Positions 42,402 to 51,647 of a DNA stretch of 64,000 bases are shown piece after piece. The notes below the pieces were generated by a model. The model was given only the letters and a program-made list of their open reading frames with translations. It searched no databases and had not been told where the DNA came from. The stretch covers positions 1,722,509 through 1,786,508 of the forward strand of contig OZ220467.1 of NCBI GenBank assembly GCA_965116075.1. Reading direction: 5' to 3'. This DNA is from Thermodesulfobacteriota bacterium (GTDB taxonomy: Bacteria; Desulfobacterota_D; UBA1144; Nemesobacterales; Nemesobacteraceae). Positions within the stretch are counted from its first letter, which is position 1; each line of letters opens with the position of its first letter. The position numbers and the translations under genes were made by a program.

Positions 42402-43121
42402 ATGAAAATACTCAATAATGGAATAGAAATAACCTATCTTGGACATTCGACTTTCACCATAAAATCAGTCTCAGGAAAAAGGATCGTGATTGATCCATGG
42501 CTTGAGGGAAATCCTTTGTGTCCAAAGCAGTTCCATGAACTTGACCAAGTTGATGCCATAGCTTTAACGCATGGGCATTTTGATCACATAAATAGCGTAA
42601 TCCCACTTTGTGAGAAACACAACCCAAAGGTAGTAGCGAACTGGGAAATCTGCGACTGGTTGGAATCAAAGAATGTCAGTAACTGCATACCGTGTAATAA
42701 GGGAGGTAACGTGGAAATAGATGGAATACGATTCACGATGACTCACGCGCAACACAGCAGTAGCATGAAAGAACAAGACGGTACAACAATTTACGGGGGA
42801 GAAGCAGCAGGTTTTGTAATAAAGTTTGAAAATGGATTTACAATATATCACGCAGGAGACACCAATCTTTTTGGTGATATGAAACTTATATCCGAAATAT
42901 ACAACCCAGAACTAGCCATGCTTCCCATAGGTGACCTTTTCACAATGTCTCCGCTTGAGGCATCACACGCATGCAGGCTCCTTAACGCAAAATGGGTTGT
43001 TCCAATTCACTACAAAACATTTCCACTTCTAGTGGGGACCCCTGAAGAGTTCAAATCCCTTACTGTGGATATAGAAAATCTGACCGTGGTTGATGTAAAT
43101 CCCGGAGAAACAATCAGTTAA
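42402..43121 (+). CDS. Metal-dependent hydrolase, metallo-beta-lactamase fold (UPF0173)
   Basis: LGHS, IDPWL.GNP, THGHFDH, YHAGDT, PIHY. Confidence 0.9.
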   Translation: MKILNNGIEITYLGHSTFTIKSVSGKRIVIDPWLEGNPLCPKQFHELDQVDAIALTHGHFDHINSVIPLCEKHNPKVVANWEICDWLESKNVSNCIPCNKGGNVEIDGIRFTMTHAQHSSSMKEQDGTTIYGGEAAGFVIKFENGFTIYHAGDTNLFGDMKLISEIYNPELAMLPIGDLFTMSPLEASHACRLLNAKWVVPIHYKTFPLLVGTPEEFKSLTVDIENLTVVDVNPGETIS

Positions 43122-43174
43122 TCTATGAACAAGGCTCAGTTGACAGTGCATCTATTTCCTAAAATACTTACCAA

Positions 43175-43861
43175 ATGATAAAAATCGCAATAAAATTGCT
43201 TGTCGTCGGCACGCTTATTATCACGGTTTCTTGTGGTGGTAAAAAAGCTATTTACGAAGGAACAGCGGAACAACTCAACCAAGAAGTTACGGAAGAATTG
43301 GCAAAGGAAAGCAGGTTTTCCTTGTTCGGTGGGACTAACTTTGATAAGGTGTTTGAAATACTAAAGGAAATACAGATCCGCTACCCCTATACCAAATATG
43401 CGGCCTTGGCGGAACTACGTAGCGGGGATGTTTATTTCAAGAAAAAAGAATATGTCCTAGCCGCTGAGGAATACGAAGATTTCATATCCAACAATCCCGG
43501 TCATGCAAAACTTGATTATGCCATGTATCGACTCGGCCTATCTTATTATAAAATGAAAGCCGGAAAGGATAGAAACCACTCAAGACGGCTTTCCGCGTTA
43601 AAATGGTTTTATGCTCTTGAAGAGACCTATCCAACATCCCCTTACGTTGAGCAAGTACAGGATAAGATTCAGGAATCTAGAAAGATTATGGCCGAAAGGG
43701 AAATCTACATAGGAAAGTTCTACTACAAGAAAAAGAACTATAAAGCCGCAATGATGAGATTTGAGAACGTTCTGGAAAAATATCCCGAAACAGAGTACGT
43801 AGAAGAGGCGTTACGTCTACTAGAGACATCTCGCGTTAAATTGTCAGAACAGCAATCCTAG
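43175..43861 (+). CDS. bamD: Outer membrane assembly lipoprotein BamD
   Basis: Lipobox TVSC, TPR-like helices, YPYTKYA, IGKFYYKKKNYKAA..RF..YP. Confidence 0.8.
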   Translation: MIKIAIKLLVVGTLIITVSCGGKKAIYEGTAEQLNQEVTEELAKESRFSLFGGTNFDKVFEILKEIQIRYPYTKYAALAELRSGDVYFKKKEYVLAAEEYEDFISNNPGHAKLDYAMYRLGLSYYKMKAGKDRNHSRRLSALKWFYALEETYPTSPYVEQVQDKIQESRKIMAEREIYIGKFYYKKKNYKAAMMRFENVLEKYPETEYVEEALRLLETSRVKLSEQQS

Positions 43862-43934
43862 GAACCTGCGCACAAACGCATCAATAATACCTCAGCAAGT
43901 CCTATTTCACCCCTTCGCTGAACCTCGAAACCCA

Positions 43935-44399
43935 GTGATATTGAAAATCTACATATTGTCTACCTGCACAATTATACTCTTGCTAGCCACATCGTGCGGT
44001 ACTGACAATAAAGAGAAGATAAACATGCTCATGGATAAAAGATCTAGAGCTTTTTCACTTAGAAACTCTGAAATATATGCGGAGTGCATACATGAAAACT
44101 ACAGAGTAACGAACAAAGACGGAAAAACCTTGGGCAAGCAGGATTTAGTCAACATTTTCAAAAAGACTATGGCAATAATTGACTCTATCTCTTTTGGCGA
44201 AACCAGAAGGTACATATACGTCTCCGATTATAAGGCGAATGTTATCGCCGTATCCCTGATTGAAGTAAGAGTGGGTGATTACTCAGTTGTATACGAAGCC
44301 AAAGAAGTGTTCGGTCTAACAAACACACTTATGGGGTGGAGGATCACAAGGGAGTCAGGGTTTGATCTGCTCAGCGGAATGAAGATACTTAATGAGTAG
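43935..44399 (+). CDS. Putative lipoprotein, possibly NTF2-like
   Basis: Lipobox ATSC; C-terminal ..GWRITRE strand typical of NTF2/SnoaL folds. Confidence 0.5.
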   Translation: MILKIYILSTCTIILLLATSCGTDNKEKINMLMDKRSRAFSLRNSEIYAECIHENYRVTNKDGKTLGKQDLVNIFKKTMAIIDSISFGETRRYIYVSDYKANVIAVSLIEVRVGDYSVVYEAKEVFGLTNTLMGWRITRESGFDLLSGMKILNE

Positions 44400-44402
44400 A
44401 GC

Positions 44403-44762
44403 CTATCCAAATTTCTTTTCCTGATCTTCCTGTTCCTCCTTACATTCTATGCAGAGAGTGGTCTCTGGCCTTGCAATTAGCCTCTGTTCAGAGATTTCAT
44501 CGTTGCATACTTCACAGATACCGTAAGAACCTTCTTCAAGTTTCAACAAAGCTTCTCGTATTTTCCGAAGTAGTTTTCTTTCCCTATCTCTTTCTCTGAG
44601 TTCAAGGACCCTGTTAGATTCAGACATAGCCCTGTCAAGTGGATCTGGAAAGGAATTTGTTCCCTTACTCATCCTATCTACGGTATCATAGGCTATACCT
44701 AAAAGATTAGACATCTTCTTGAGCAAAATGGTTCTAATTTTTTTCTCAGTCTCTACGTTCAC
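44403..44762 (-). CDS. dksA: DksA family protein, 4-Cys zinc finger
   Basis: DPLDRA tip, RDRERKLLRKI, YGICEVC, LCIEC. Confidence 0.92.
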   Translation of the reverse strand: MNVETEKKIRTILLKKMSNLLGIAYDTVDRMSKGTNSFPDPLDRAMSESNRVLELRERDRERKLLRKIREALLKLEEGSYGICEVCNDEISEQRLIARPETTLCIECKEEQEDQEKKFG

Positions 44763-44927
44763 ATAGAGGATTATATACTTTTAGATGTTTTTTGTAAATT
44801 TGAGGCATTTGCGCTGTCTAAAAGGTGTACGTATATCAAGGGGTTTAGAAGGGGTAAAAAACCGATACCAGTTGGTAGCCTTTTAGACGTTTTTTTGGCG
44901 TGGAATAAGAACTTTTTAGTTGTAGAT

Positions 44928-45161
44928 TTATCCACCACGTACAATACGGGTAAAGGTCTTCAAATAATCAGGACTGAATGACAAAAACTTTTTAATCACA
45001 TTTATTTGTTCTTTCTCTAATTCAATAAACGAATGATACTCATCAATCCCGCCTCTGTTCTTATTTATCTCTTTTTCCATTTTCTCAATTCTTCCCTCGT
45101 AATCCTTTATCCTGTTCTCATGCGATTCTATTAACTGTTGAAGTCTTTGCGCTAGGCTCAT
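44928..45161 (-). CDS. Small coiled-coil hypothetical protein
   Basis: 77 aa, AAGGAGG RBS; degenerate paralogue at 47022-47242. Confidence 0.75.
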   Translation of the reverse strand: MSLAQRLQQLIESHENRIKDYEGRIEKMEKEINKNRGGIDEYHSFIELEKEQINVIKKFLSFSPDYLKTFTRIVRGG

Positions 45162-45198
45162 AGTATTTCCTCCTTAGATATGTTCTTGCCAGTATATC

Positions 45199-45236
45199 AA
45201 AAAAAAAGCCCAACAAGCAGATAACTTGCTGGGCTT
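45199..45236 (-). terminator. Rho-independent terminator after collagen/RTX gene A
   Basis: AAGCCCAGCAAG..CTTGTTGGGC stem followed by a T run on the minus strand. Confidence 0.75.
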
Positions 45237-45259
45237 GGGAATTCTCCGCACCGAAATTT

Positions 45260-46468
45260 TTACTGCTCTGTATAAGTGTTTCTTCTTGTCTCTGTATTAA
45301 AAGTACTTGTTACAAATTTATATTTAGGATCTGAAGCGTTAATGATACTATTAGCTTTATCTTGATCTAGTTGGTCATTTGTAAATATCTCAACCAAATT
45401 AGTCTTACTTCCAACTGTAATTTTTCCTCCCGTGGCACTTACTGTTTTATTAGAAAAACCTTGTAAATAGAGTTTGTCTTCATTCAAGTCAAAGTCTTTA
45501 ATCTTTATTGTGCCTGAGGTGTTCCAAACTTCAAAAATATCAGATCCCCCACCACCGGTAATAACACCAGGGCCAACTTGCAGGATAAAAATATCGTCTC
45601 CGTCTCCGCCATTTACGGTTTTGTTCCCGCTCCCAGCTTGAATCTGATCGTCTCCGTCTCCGCTATTTACGGTATTGTCGCTTCCGGCATCTATGTAGAT
45701 ATAGTTATCTTGGTCGTTTCCGGTAATGGTATGATTTCCCGTCCCGCCGTAAATATCCTCAATACCTTCAAATGTAAATGTTCCAGTGCCTGATAAAGAA
45801 GACCCATCAAAAGTCCCCGAAGAAAGATCAAAAGTTACGCTAGCAGAAACCCGAGTTCCATCATTGATATACATACCAAACCACGGCGCCGCCGTAGCAG
45901 CAGGAATATTATTAAAATAAATCATATCTTTGCCATCACCGCCTATAAAATGATTGTCGCCTGCTTCACTTCTAATGTAGAAATGATCATTACCAGCACC
46001 GCCGTTGAGAGTATCATCACCAGCACCGCCGGATAACCTGTCAACACCATCATCCCCGTTGATTTCGTCATCGCCTGCTTCACCTTGGAGATAATCATTG
46101 CCACCGGCACCGTAAACAGTATCATCACCGCCCCCCGCGGTAATTGTATTGGCAACCCGAGTCCCACAAATAACATCATCTTCATCTGTGCCGGTGAGAT
46201 CATCCTGAGCAATACCGACTATCCCCTGTATACCATTGCTAACATCGCACCGAGAATCACCATACGCAGGCCCTTGGTCACCAACTCGACCATCTGCGCC
46301 AGCAGGCCCCACCGTACCGTCTTTCCCTGGATCGCCTTTATCGCCTTTCGCTCCGTCCTTTCCTGCTGGCCCTGCCGGCCCCGCAGGCCCTCTCTCCCCC
46401 TCACATGCCACAAACAAAACTGCTCCAGTGAGTAGCAACAACATCACTAATAAATTACGTAACTTCAT
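45260..46468 (-). CDS. Lipoprotein with collagen-like Gly-X-Y repeats and RTX-type Ca-binding repeats (copy A)
   Basis: GGAGG RBS, MKLRNLL..LFVAC lipobox, GERGPAGPAGPAGKDGAKGDKGDPG.., many GGxGxD nonapeptides. Confidence 0.88.
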   Translation of the reverse strand: MKLRNLLVMLLLLTGAVLFVACEGERGPAGPAGPAGKDGAKGDKGDPGKDGTVGPAGADGRVGDQGPAYGDSRCDVSNGIQGIVGIAQDDLTGTDEDDVICGTRVANTITAGGGDDTVYGAGGNDYLQGEAGDDEINGDDGVDRLSGGAGDDTLNGGAGNDHFYIRSEAGDNHFIGGDGKDMIYFNNIPAATAAPWFGMYINDGTRVSASVTFDLSSGTFDGSSLSGTGTFTFEGIEDIYGGTGNHTITGNDQDNYIYIDAGSDNTVNSGDGDDQIQAGSGNKTVNGGDGDDIFILQVGPGVITGGGGSDIFEVWNTSGTIKIKDFDLNEDKLYLQGFSNKTVSATGGKITVGSKTNLVEIFTNDQLDQDKANSIINASDPKYKFVTSTFNTETRRNTYTEQ

Positions 46469-46562
46469 ATTACAACCTCCTGTATAAGTTGCTCCGTTTA
46501 TAAATGGACATTTATCCGGCAAAACCTTGTTATAAAACCCTCATTCTTAAGTCAGTCTTTTG

Positions 46563-46593
46563 AGTTTACCCCCCCCCCCCCTTACAAAGTCAA
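46563..46593 (-). promoter_or_regulatory. sigma70 promoter with poly-G13 in the spacer (copy A)
   Basis: Minus strand TTGACT-ttgtaa-G13-TAAACT; spacer 19 nt. Confidence 0.75.
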
Positions 46594-46608
46594 GGACTAG
46601 CGAGAAAG

Positions 46609-46955
46609 GAGGCATTTGCGCTGTAGTGACGCTTAATGCTGATTTCTTTTGATGATTGTGGAATCGCTACGGGTTTATTTCTTTTGTAGATGATGAATTT
46701 GTTATTAACTTGAGGCAGGTAGGCTACAACGACTTTTGAGGCTTTCTCCTTGAGAATGACCAAAAACGACATTGACTTGCTCTTATAGGAGAGAAGAAGG
46801 TTTTGCTGGCAAAATATAATTTCGACCTATGAAGACACCTTTATGGTGACATTAAAAACAAATGAGATCATCAAGTTATTTGTATTTTGGAGAATTTTTA
46901 CAGAGGTTATATCAACCGAATTTAGGACTTTTTTGAAGAATTTTTGGGGTAAAAA
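46609..46955. repeat. Truncated copy of the MITE-like element at 51152-51606
   Basis: Starts GAGGCATTTGCGCTGT and aligns closely with 51152-51545; lacks the right end. Confidence 0.7.
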
Positions 46956-47021
46956 ACCGATACTAGTTGGTAGCCTTTTAGACGTTTTTTGGCATGGAAT
47001 AAAAGCTTTTTAGTTGTGGAT

Positions 47022-47242
47022 TTATCCACCACGTATAATACAGGCAAAGGCTCCAGATCGTCAGGACCAAAGCCTAGGAAAACTTTCAGGGTCTCAATCT
47101 GCTTTTTCTCTATCTGCGATATTCCACCGCCGCATTTTGCCGTTTAAAGATTGATCCTCCGTTTCTTTTATCCTGCCTTCGTAGGCTACCACCTGCTGCT
47201 TATGCTCATCTAAAAGGCTTGAATCTTGTCGGCTATGCTCAT
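47022..47242 (-). pseudogene. Frameshifted paralogue of the 77-aa coiled-coil gene
   Basis: MSIADKIQA / LLDEHKQQVVAYEGRIKETE / IEKKQIETLKVFLGFGPD in shifting frames; ends CGTGGTGGATAA like 44928. Confidence 0.75.
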
Positions 47243-47340
47243 CGTATTCCCTCCAAAGCGTTTTTGCCAGTATATCAAAAAGAAGGCCCTATGCCGGCAA
47301 GCGCCAACACAGAGCCTTCAGATCTCCACACCGAGATTCT

Positions 47341-48558
47341 TTAATCGTCATCAAAAGACCAAGTTCTCGTTTCTGGATCAAGTTGCGGATTATCTACAAA
47401 CTTAACGGCGCCTGTCTTGCCAGCTATCGCCGCGGCGTGGGTAGTGCTTGCCAAATCATCTTTATGAATAACCGCAAAAGTAGTTGTACCAGCCAATAGA
47501 TTAGCGCTTGAATTAGTTATTGCCCTCGCTGAATCGCCCGAGGGATAACCGTTGAGATAGATTATATCTTCATCCAAGTTGAAGTCCTTAATAATGTGCT
47601 TCCCAGGGGTAGGCCAATGCTCAAAAACAAAAGTGTCTGCCCCAGCTCCGCCGGTAAGCGTATCCGTGGTCCTATTGTATGCGTAAAACAAGTCGTCCCC
47701 GTCGCCGCCGTTTATTATGTCATCCCCGGCACCCCCGCGAAGCATATCATCGCCACCCCCGCCGTTTATGGTGTCGGCTCCGTAACCTCCATGGATGAAG
47801 TTGTCTTTGTCGTCTCCAGTGATAGTGTCATCCCCATCGGCACCTCTAACAGCCTCAATGCTCTCAAATGTATACGAGCCAGACGTAGACGAAAAAGTAG
47901 CATTGAAACTTCCAGAAGAAAGATCAAAGGTTATATCGCTGTTAGGGGCATCAGAACCATCACTCTGCTCAGTATACATACCAGCACTAACACCCGTTTT
48001 TATTCTTGTTGCATTCGGATTATCTCTCCAAAAATAGATCATGTCTTTCCCATTCCCACCAATATATTTATTAGCGCCTTTTTGTTGCCAAATAAAAAAA
48101 TCATCAGCGCCATCTTCGCCGTAAAGCGTATCATCGCCATCGCCACCTATCATTTTGTCAGCTCCATCCCCACCGTAAACCGTATCATCGCCCCCACCGG
48201 CTCTAATCTCGTTATCAAGGCGAGTTCCGCAAATAACATCAGCATCGCCTGTACCATCAATGAGTCGTATTCCTGCGGGTGGAGCTATCCCATTACTGCG
48301 GTCGCATCTAGGATCGCCTTCGGTTAGGTCATCGCCTTTCGCGCCCGCCGGCCCCGCGGCTCCGTCCTTCCCTGCCGGCCCTGCTGCCCCTCGCGCTCCG
48401 TCCTTTCCTGCCGGCCCTGCTGCCCCTCGCGCTCCGTCCTTTCCTGCCGGCCCTGCTGGCCCCGCGGGCCCCGCGGGCCCTCGTTCTCCCTCACAAGCAA
48501 CAAACAAAACCGCTCCAGTGAGCAGTAACAACATCACTAATAAATTGTGTAACTTCAT
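47341..48558 (-). CDS. Lipoprotein with collagen-like and RTX-type repeats (copy B)
   Basis: Near-identical leader and lipobox to copy A, longer Gly-X-Y run, GGxGxD repeats, divergent central and C-terminal regions. Confidence 0.88.
   Translation of the reverse strand: MKLHNLLVMLLLLTGAVLFVACEGERGPAGPAGPAGPAGKDGARGAAGPAGKDGARGAAGPAGKDGAAGPAGAKGDDLTEGDPRCDRSNGIAPPAGIRLIDGTGDADVICGTRLDNEIRAGGGDDTVYGGDGADKMIGGDGDDTLYGEDGADDFFIWQQKGANKYIGGNGKDMIYFWRDNPNATRIKTGVSAGMYTEQSDGSDAPNSDITFDLSSGSFNATFSSTSGSYTFESIEAVRGADGDDTITGDDKDNFIHGGYGADTINGGGGDDMLRGGAGDDIINGGDGDDLFYAYNRTTDTLTGGAGADTFVFEHWPTPGKHIIKDFNLDEDIIYLNGYPSGDSARAITNSSANLLAGTTTFAVIHKDDLASTTHAAAIAGKTGAVKFVDNPQLDPETRTWSFDDD
48359..48458. repeat. 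36-bp tandem repeat (~2.8 copies) encoding GARGAAGPAGKD
   Basis: GCTCCGTCCTTYCCTGCCGGCCCTGCTG units start at 48359, 48395 and 48431. Confidence 0.85.
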
Positions 48559-48668
48559 ATTACAACCTCCCTTATAAGTTGTTTCATTTATAAATGGACA
48601 TTTATCTGGCAAAATCTTATTGTAAAAACCTCATTCTTAAGCCAGTCTTTTGAGTTTACCCCCCCCCC

Positions 48669-51112
48669 CAGGACCATTCAGTTTTCGTAGCGGGGACTTT
48701 GTATAGGGTTGGGTAGATAGATGTTTTGGAGTGTTTGGATTGTGATTTGGACTTCAGATGGAGAGTTTTAGCAAGAAACAAGGGTACCACTTGGCTTCAT
48801 CTTACAGTGTACGCAGCCTTTGTCCGTCCAGTAGTCGTAGGGTATCAGACCTGAGCAGTGCACAGGCTATCCGGCGGGGTTGTGAGTAAAGTGCGACCGT
48901 TCAGTTCAACGGCTTCATTATAAGTTCAATAGCTTCCTGAGGCCGGGCGGCATAGTGTCGGTTAGCTTCAGGCAGATAGTTGAATCTACCTTCACAACGC
49001 ACTATGGCGATGGCAACGTTGCTCAGACAGGAAAGATTTTCCGGTAAGTACCCTTTTGATACCCGACAACGGTCTTCATCGTAGGTGAAGTCACGCACAT
49101 AATGCAGACGGTTCTCAATGTGCCAGTGGTTGCGAACCAGAGCAAGTAACTCCTTGGCTCCAGCCTGCTCTGGGCCAAGTGAGGTCAGAGCATAGACAGT
49201 CTCGCAACTGGTTTTACCTGTCTTCTTCTCAGTGCGCTTGCGGACTATGCGTATGGCTTGACGCCGTCCGTGCATGCCTACATGTCCATCCCACTCAGAA
49301 CCGGATAGGTCTACTACCCAACAGGTCCGTTCTTCAATCCTCCCATGTTTATAATCTTCGGTTGTCCATCCGGGCACGGCATCAAAGTCCAATCCCTTTA
49401 TTTCCTTGCTGATCGTTCTTTGATTGTCCTTGATGGCGGTCATCACATAGTCGGCTCCATTTTCCAGCAGACAGCGCGCCGTATCCTGCTGGGCATGCAG
49501 CGCATCTAGAGTGACAGTACGACCAGCAATGTCGAGTTTATTGGCTAGGTCGCGTACCACTAGCATCTCACTGCTCTTTTCTTTGATTGCTAGTTGACCG
49601 AGAACCACGCCGGTGTTATGTTCGAGGGCAGCTACCATCATTCTAATTCCACCCTCAGTCTGCTTGGCTGCGCCACGAATCATCTTGCCGTCCATCGCCA
49701 CCGGCGCTGCGGGCGAGGTCTTGCGGGCTTCCCACAGGTTCAGCGCTTTATCAAGCGTGTCGGGTGGCAGTTTTGCGAAGATGTTATGGAAGGTGCCAAT
49801 TACCGGCGCAGTGTAGCATTTCTTACTGGGACTGTAGAACGCTCCAACGGCCTTAAGCTGTTCCTGACTAAGTAGTCGGGCGAACTGCGCTATGGCGGAC
49901 ACCCCGCGGTATCCAGCCAAACGGGCGGCGACAGCGAGAACCAACACGGTGACAAGAGGATAGCGTCTACCTTGAGACTTTCGGAACTCAGGCACCTTAC
50001 CTAGAACATCTTTGAGACTGCGTAACTGTGGCGCCGTCATAGGCTCCTTACGAACCCCACCGGTCCATTCTGGTGGTAATTCCTCTTGACTTAATACTTC
50101 TTTAGCATTATCAACGAGATTAAACATGAAGACCTCCTTGGGTTGACCATGATAGCGCCACCGCGCAGACCCTCCAGACTCACGGGCAAACCCGCGCGTT
50201 AGCCCGAAAGACTGCCAGTTGGCCGCCCGGTAGCAAGTACCATTAAAACGTGAAATATCTACGAACGTCTCAGCCAGAAACACTGGATAACCGTGCGCTG
50301 TCTGCATGTCCGAAGACAGCCGCCTCAGACTCAGACCCAGCACTCGCGATGCCAAGTTCGCCACCCGCTGCCGTGTCAGAATGACAAAACGCACATTGTT
50401 GGCAATCAGATGCAAGCGTCCAAACTGCTGCTCGGCGCTCCAGCCAATCCAGCGGTCTCGGGCCGCTAACTTGAATGCGCCTGCCTGCCAACCAATAAGC
50501 GCGACCCAACGCGACCCAACTTCCGCTACATGACGCAATCCCTTGCCGAACACGCGATGGAATGGAAGATAGTGATGTAGTCTGACTAAGTGGTCCCAGT
50601 GACGACGCTCCTGTTCCCCATAGGTAGGACGTACTGTGACCGCGCGCAGATCAATCTTATTGTCCTGAGATGTCCGCCTACTCATGATCTACACCATACC
50701 ACATCATGTAATGAATAGCCAGCTCTAAATTCGCAACGTCCAGATCGAAACCTGACAACGAAACAATCGAATTGTCAACTTAATATCTCTGTTGGAATAT
50801 CCGGATTATAACGTACTAATATGACTTCACTGTTTTCTCAAATCCCCAAATGACAATGTACTACCTTGGATATATTCTCCCTACATATCCAACTCCGCAG
50901 ATTATAATTCAGAAGTGTTTGTTATAAGAAAAAACTTATGAAGGACTGAAACCGAGCCTAATTCTTCTACATGTCAGCTAGAAAGGGAAGACAAATGAGT
51001 CTCTAATTTCTCCCCATGACGTAGTGGCAACCTCTAAGATGCAAAACTCTCTTTGAAAAGATATACTCGGTAATATCAACGCCTTACACCTCTAGAAAAT
51101 TAGAAAGCCCTG
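48669..51112 (-). mobile_element. ISAs1-family insertion sequence in the poly-C/G promoter tract of copy B
   Basis: Ends CAGGACCATTCAGTTTTC / GAAAATTAGAAAGCCCTG. A-C10 direct repeat at 48658-48668 and 51113-51123. The flanks rejoin into the empty site seen at 46561-46600. Confidence 0.9.
48901..50685 (-). CDS. ISAs1 transposase with N-terminal DUF4338-like domain
   Basis: N-terminal HHYL..GLRH..RDRWIGW..IANNVRF..NLASRVL..ETFVD..GTCYRAANW. C-terminal MDGK, TLDALHAQ, HGRIEER, HWHIENRLHYVRD.TYDED. Confidence 0.92.
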   Translation of the reverse strand: MSRRTSQDNKIDLRAVTVRPTYGEQERRHWDHLVRLHHYLPFHRVFGKGLRHVAEVGSRWVALIGWQAGAFKLAARDRWIGWSAEQQFGRLHLIANNVRFVILTRQRVANLASRVLGLSLRRLSSDMQTAHGYPVFLAETFVDISRFNGTCYRAANWQSFGLTRGFARESGGSARWRYHGQPKEVFMFNLVDNAKEVLSQEELPPEWTGGVRKEPMTAPQLRSLKDVLGKVPEFRKSQGRRYPLVTVLVLAVAARLAGYRGVSAIAQFARLLSQEQLKAVGAFYSPSKKCYTAPVIGTFHNIFAKLPPDTLDKALNLWEARKTSPAAPVAMDGKMIRGAAKQTEGGIRMMVAALEHNTGVVLGQLAIKEKSSEMLVVRDLANKLDIAGRTVTLDALHAQQDTARCLLENGADYVMTAIKDNQRTISKEIKGLDFDAVPGWTTEDYKHGRIEERTCWVVDLSGSEWDGHVGMHGRRQAIRIVRKRTEKKTGKTSCETVYALTSLGPEQAGAKELLALVRNHWHIENRLHYVRDFTYDEDRCRVSKGYLPENLSCLSNVAIAIVRCEGRFNYLPEANRHYAARPQEAIELIMKPLN

Positions 51113-51151
51113 ACCCCCCCCCCCTCGCAAAGTCAAGGACTAGCGAGAAAG

Positions 51152-51606
51152 GAGGCATTTGAGCTGTAGTGATGCTTGATGCTGATTTCTTTTGATGATT
51201 GTGGAACCGCTACGGGGTTATTTCTTTCGTAGATGATAAAATTATTATCAACTTGAGGTAGTTACGCTACAACGATTTTTGAGGCTTTTTCCTTGAGGAT
51301 GACCAAAAACAACATTCACTTACTCTTATAGGAGATGAGAAGATTCTGCTAGCAAATTATAATTTCAACCTATGAAGACACCTTTATGGTGACATTAAAA
51401 ACAAATGAGATCATCAAGTTATTTGTATTTTGGGGGAATTTTTACAGAGGTTATATCAACCGATTTTAGTGTGAGGTGAAATTTGTAGTTTTTAGCTTAC
51501 ATTAGCCGATTTTAGGACTTTTTTGCGGATTTTTTGGGGTAAAAAGTTTTTACTCCTTCTAAAAACCCTTGATATGCATACACCTTTTGGACAGTGCAAA
51601 TGCCTC
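51152..51606. mobile_element. ~455-bp MITE-like element with GAGGCATTTG ends
   Basis: Left end GAGGCATTTGAGCTGT, right end ACAGTGCAAATGCCTC (inverted); no ORF of note. Confidence 0.6.
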
Positions 51607-51647
51607 AAATTTGACTAACTGTAGTCAATAACATTAACTACACCATA

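Larger units (their letters stand above)
44802..51606. mobile_element. 6.8-kb cassette bounded by ~60-bp inverted repeats and AAATTT flanks
   Basis: 44802-44861 is the near-exact reverse complement of 51547-51606. AAATTT lies at 44796-44801 and 51607-51612. Confidence 0.65.

Noticed and set aside
46469-46522. Upstream TTG starts (MPDKCPFIN..) given for both collagen/RTX ORFs
   Set aside because: The GGAGG RBS and signal peptide fit the ATGs at 46468 and 48558.
46590-46772. 60-aa ORF within the repeated element
   Set aside because: It runs into the promoter and has indels in the second copy at 51152-51330.
48359-48480. Short repeats that could be mistaken for a CRISPR array
   Set aside because: They are spacerless, in-frame collagen-coding repeats. 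No CRISPR array or cas gene was seen in the window.
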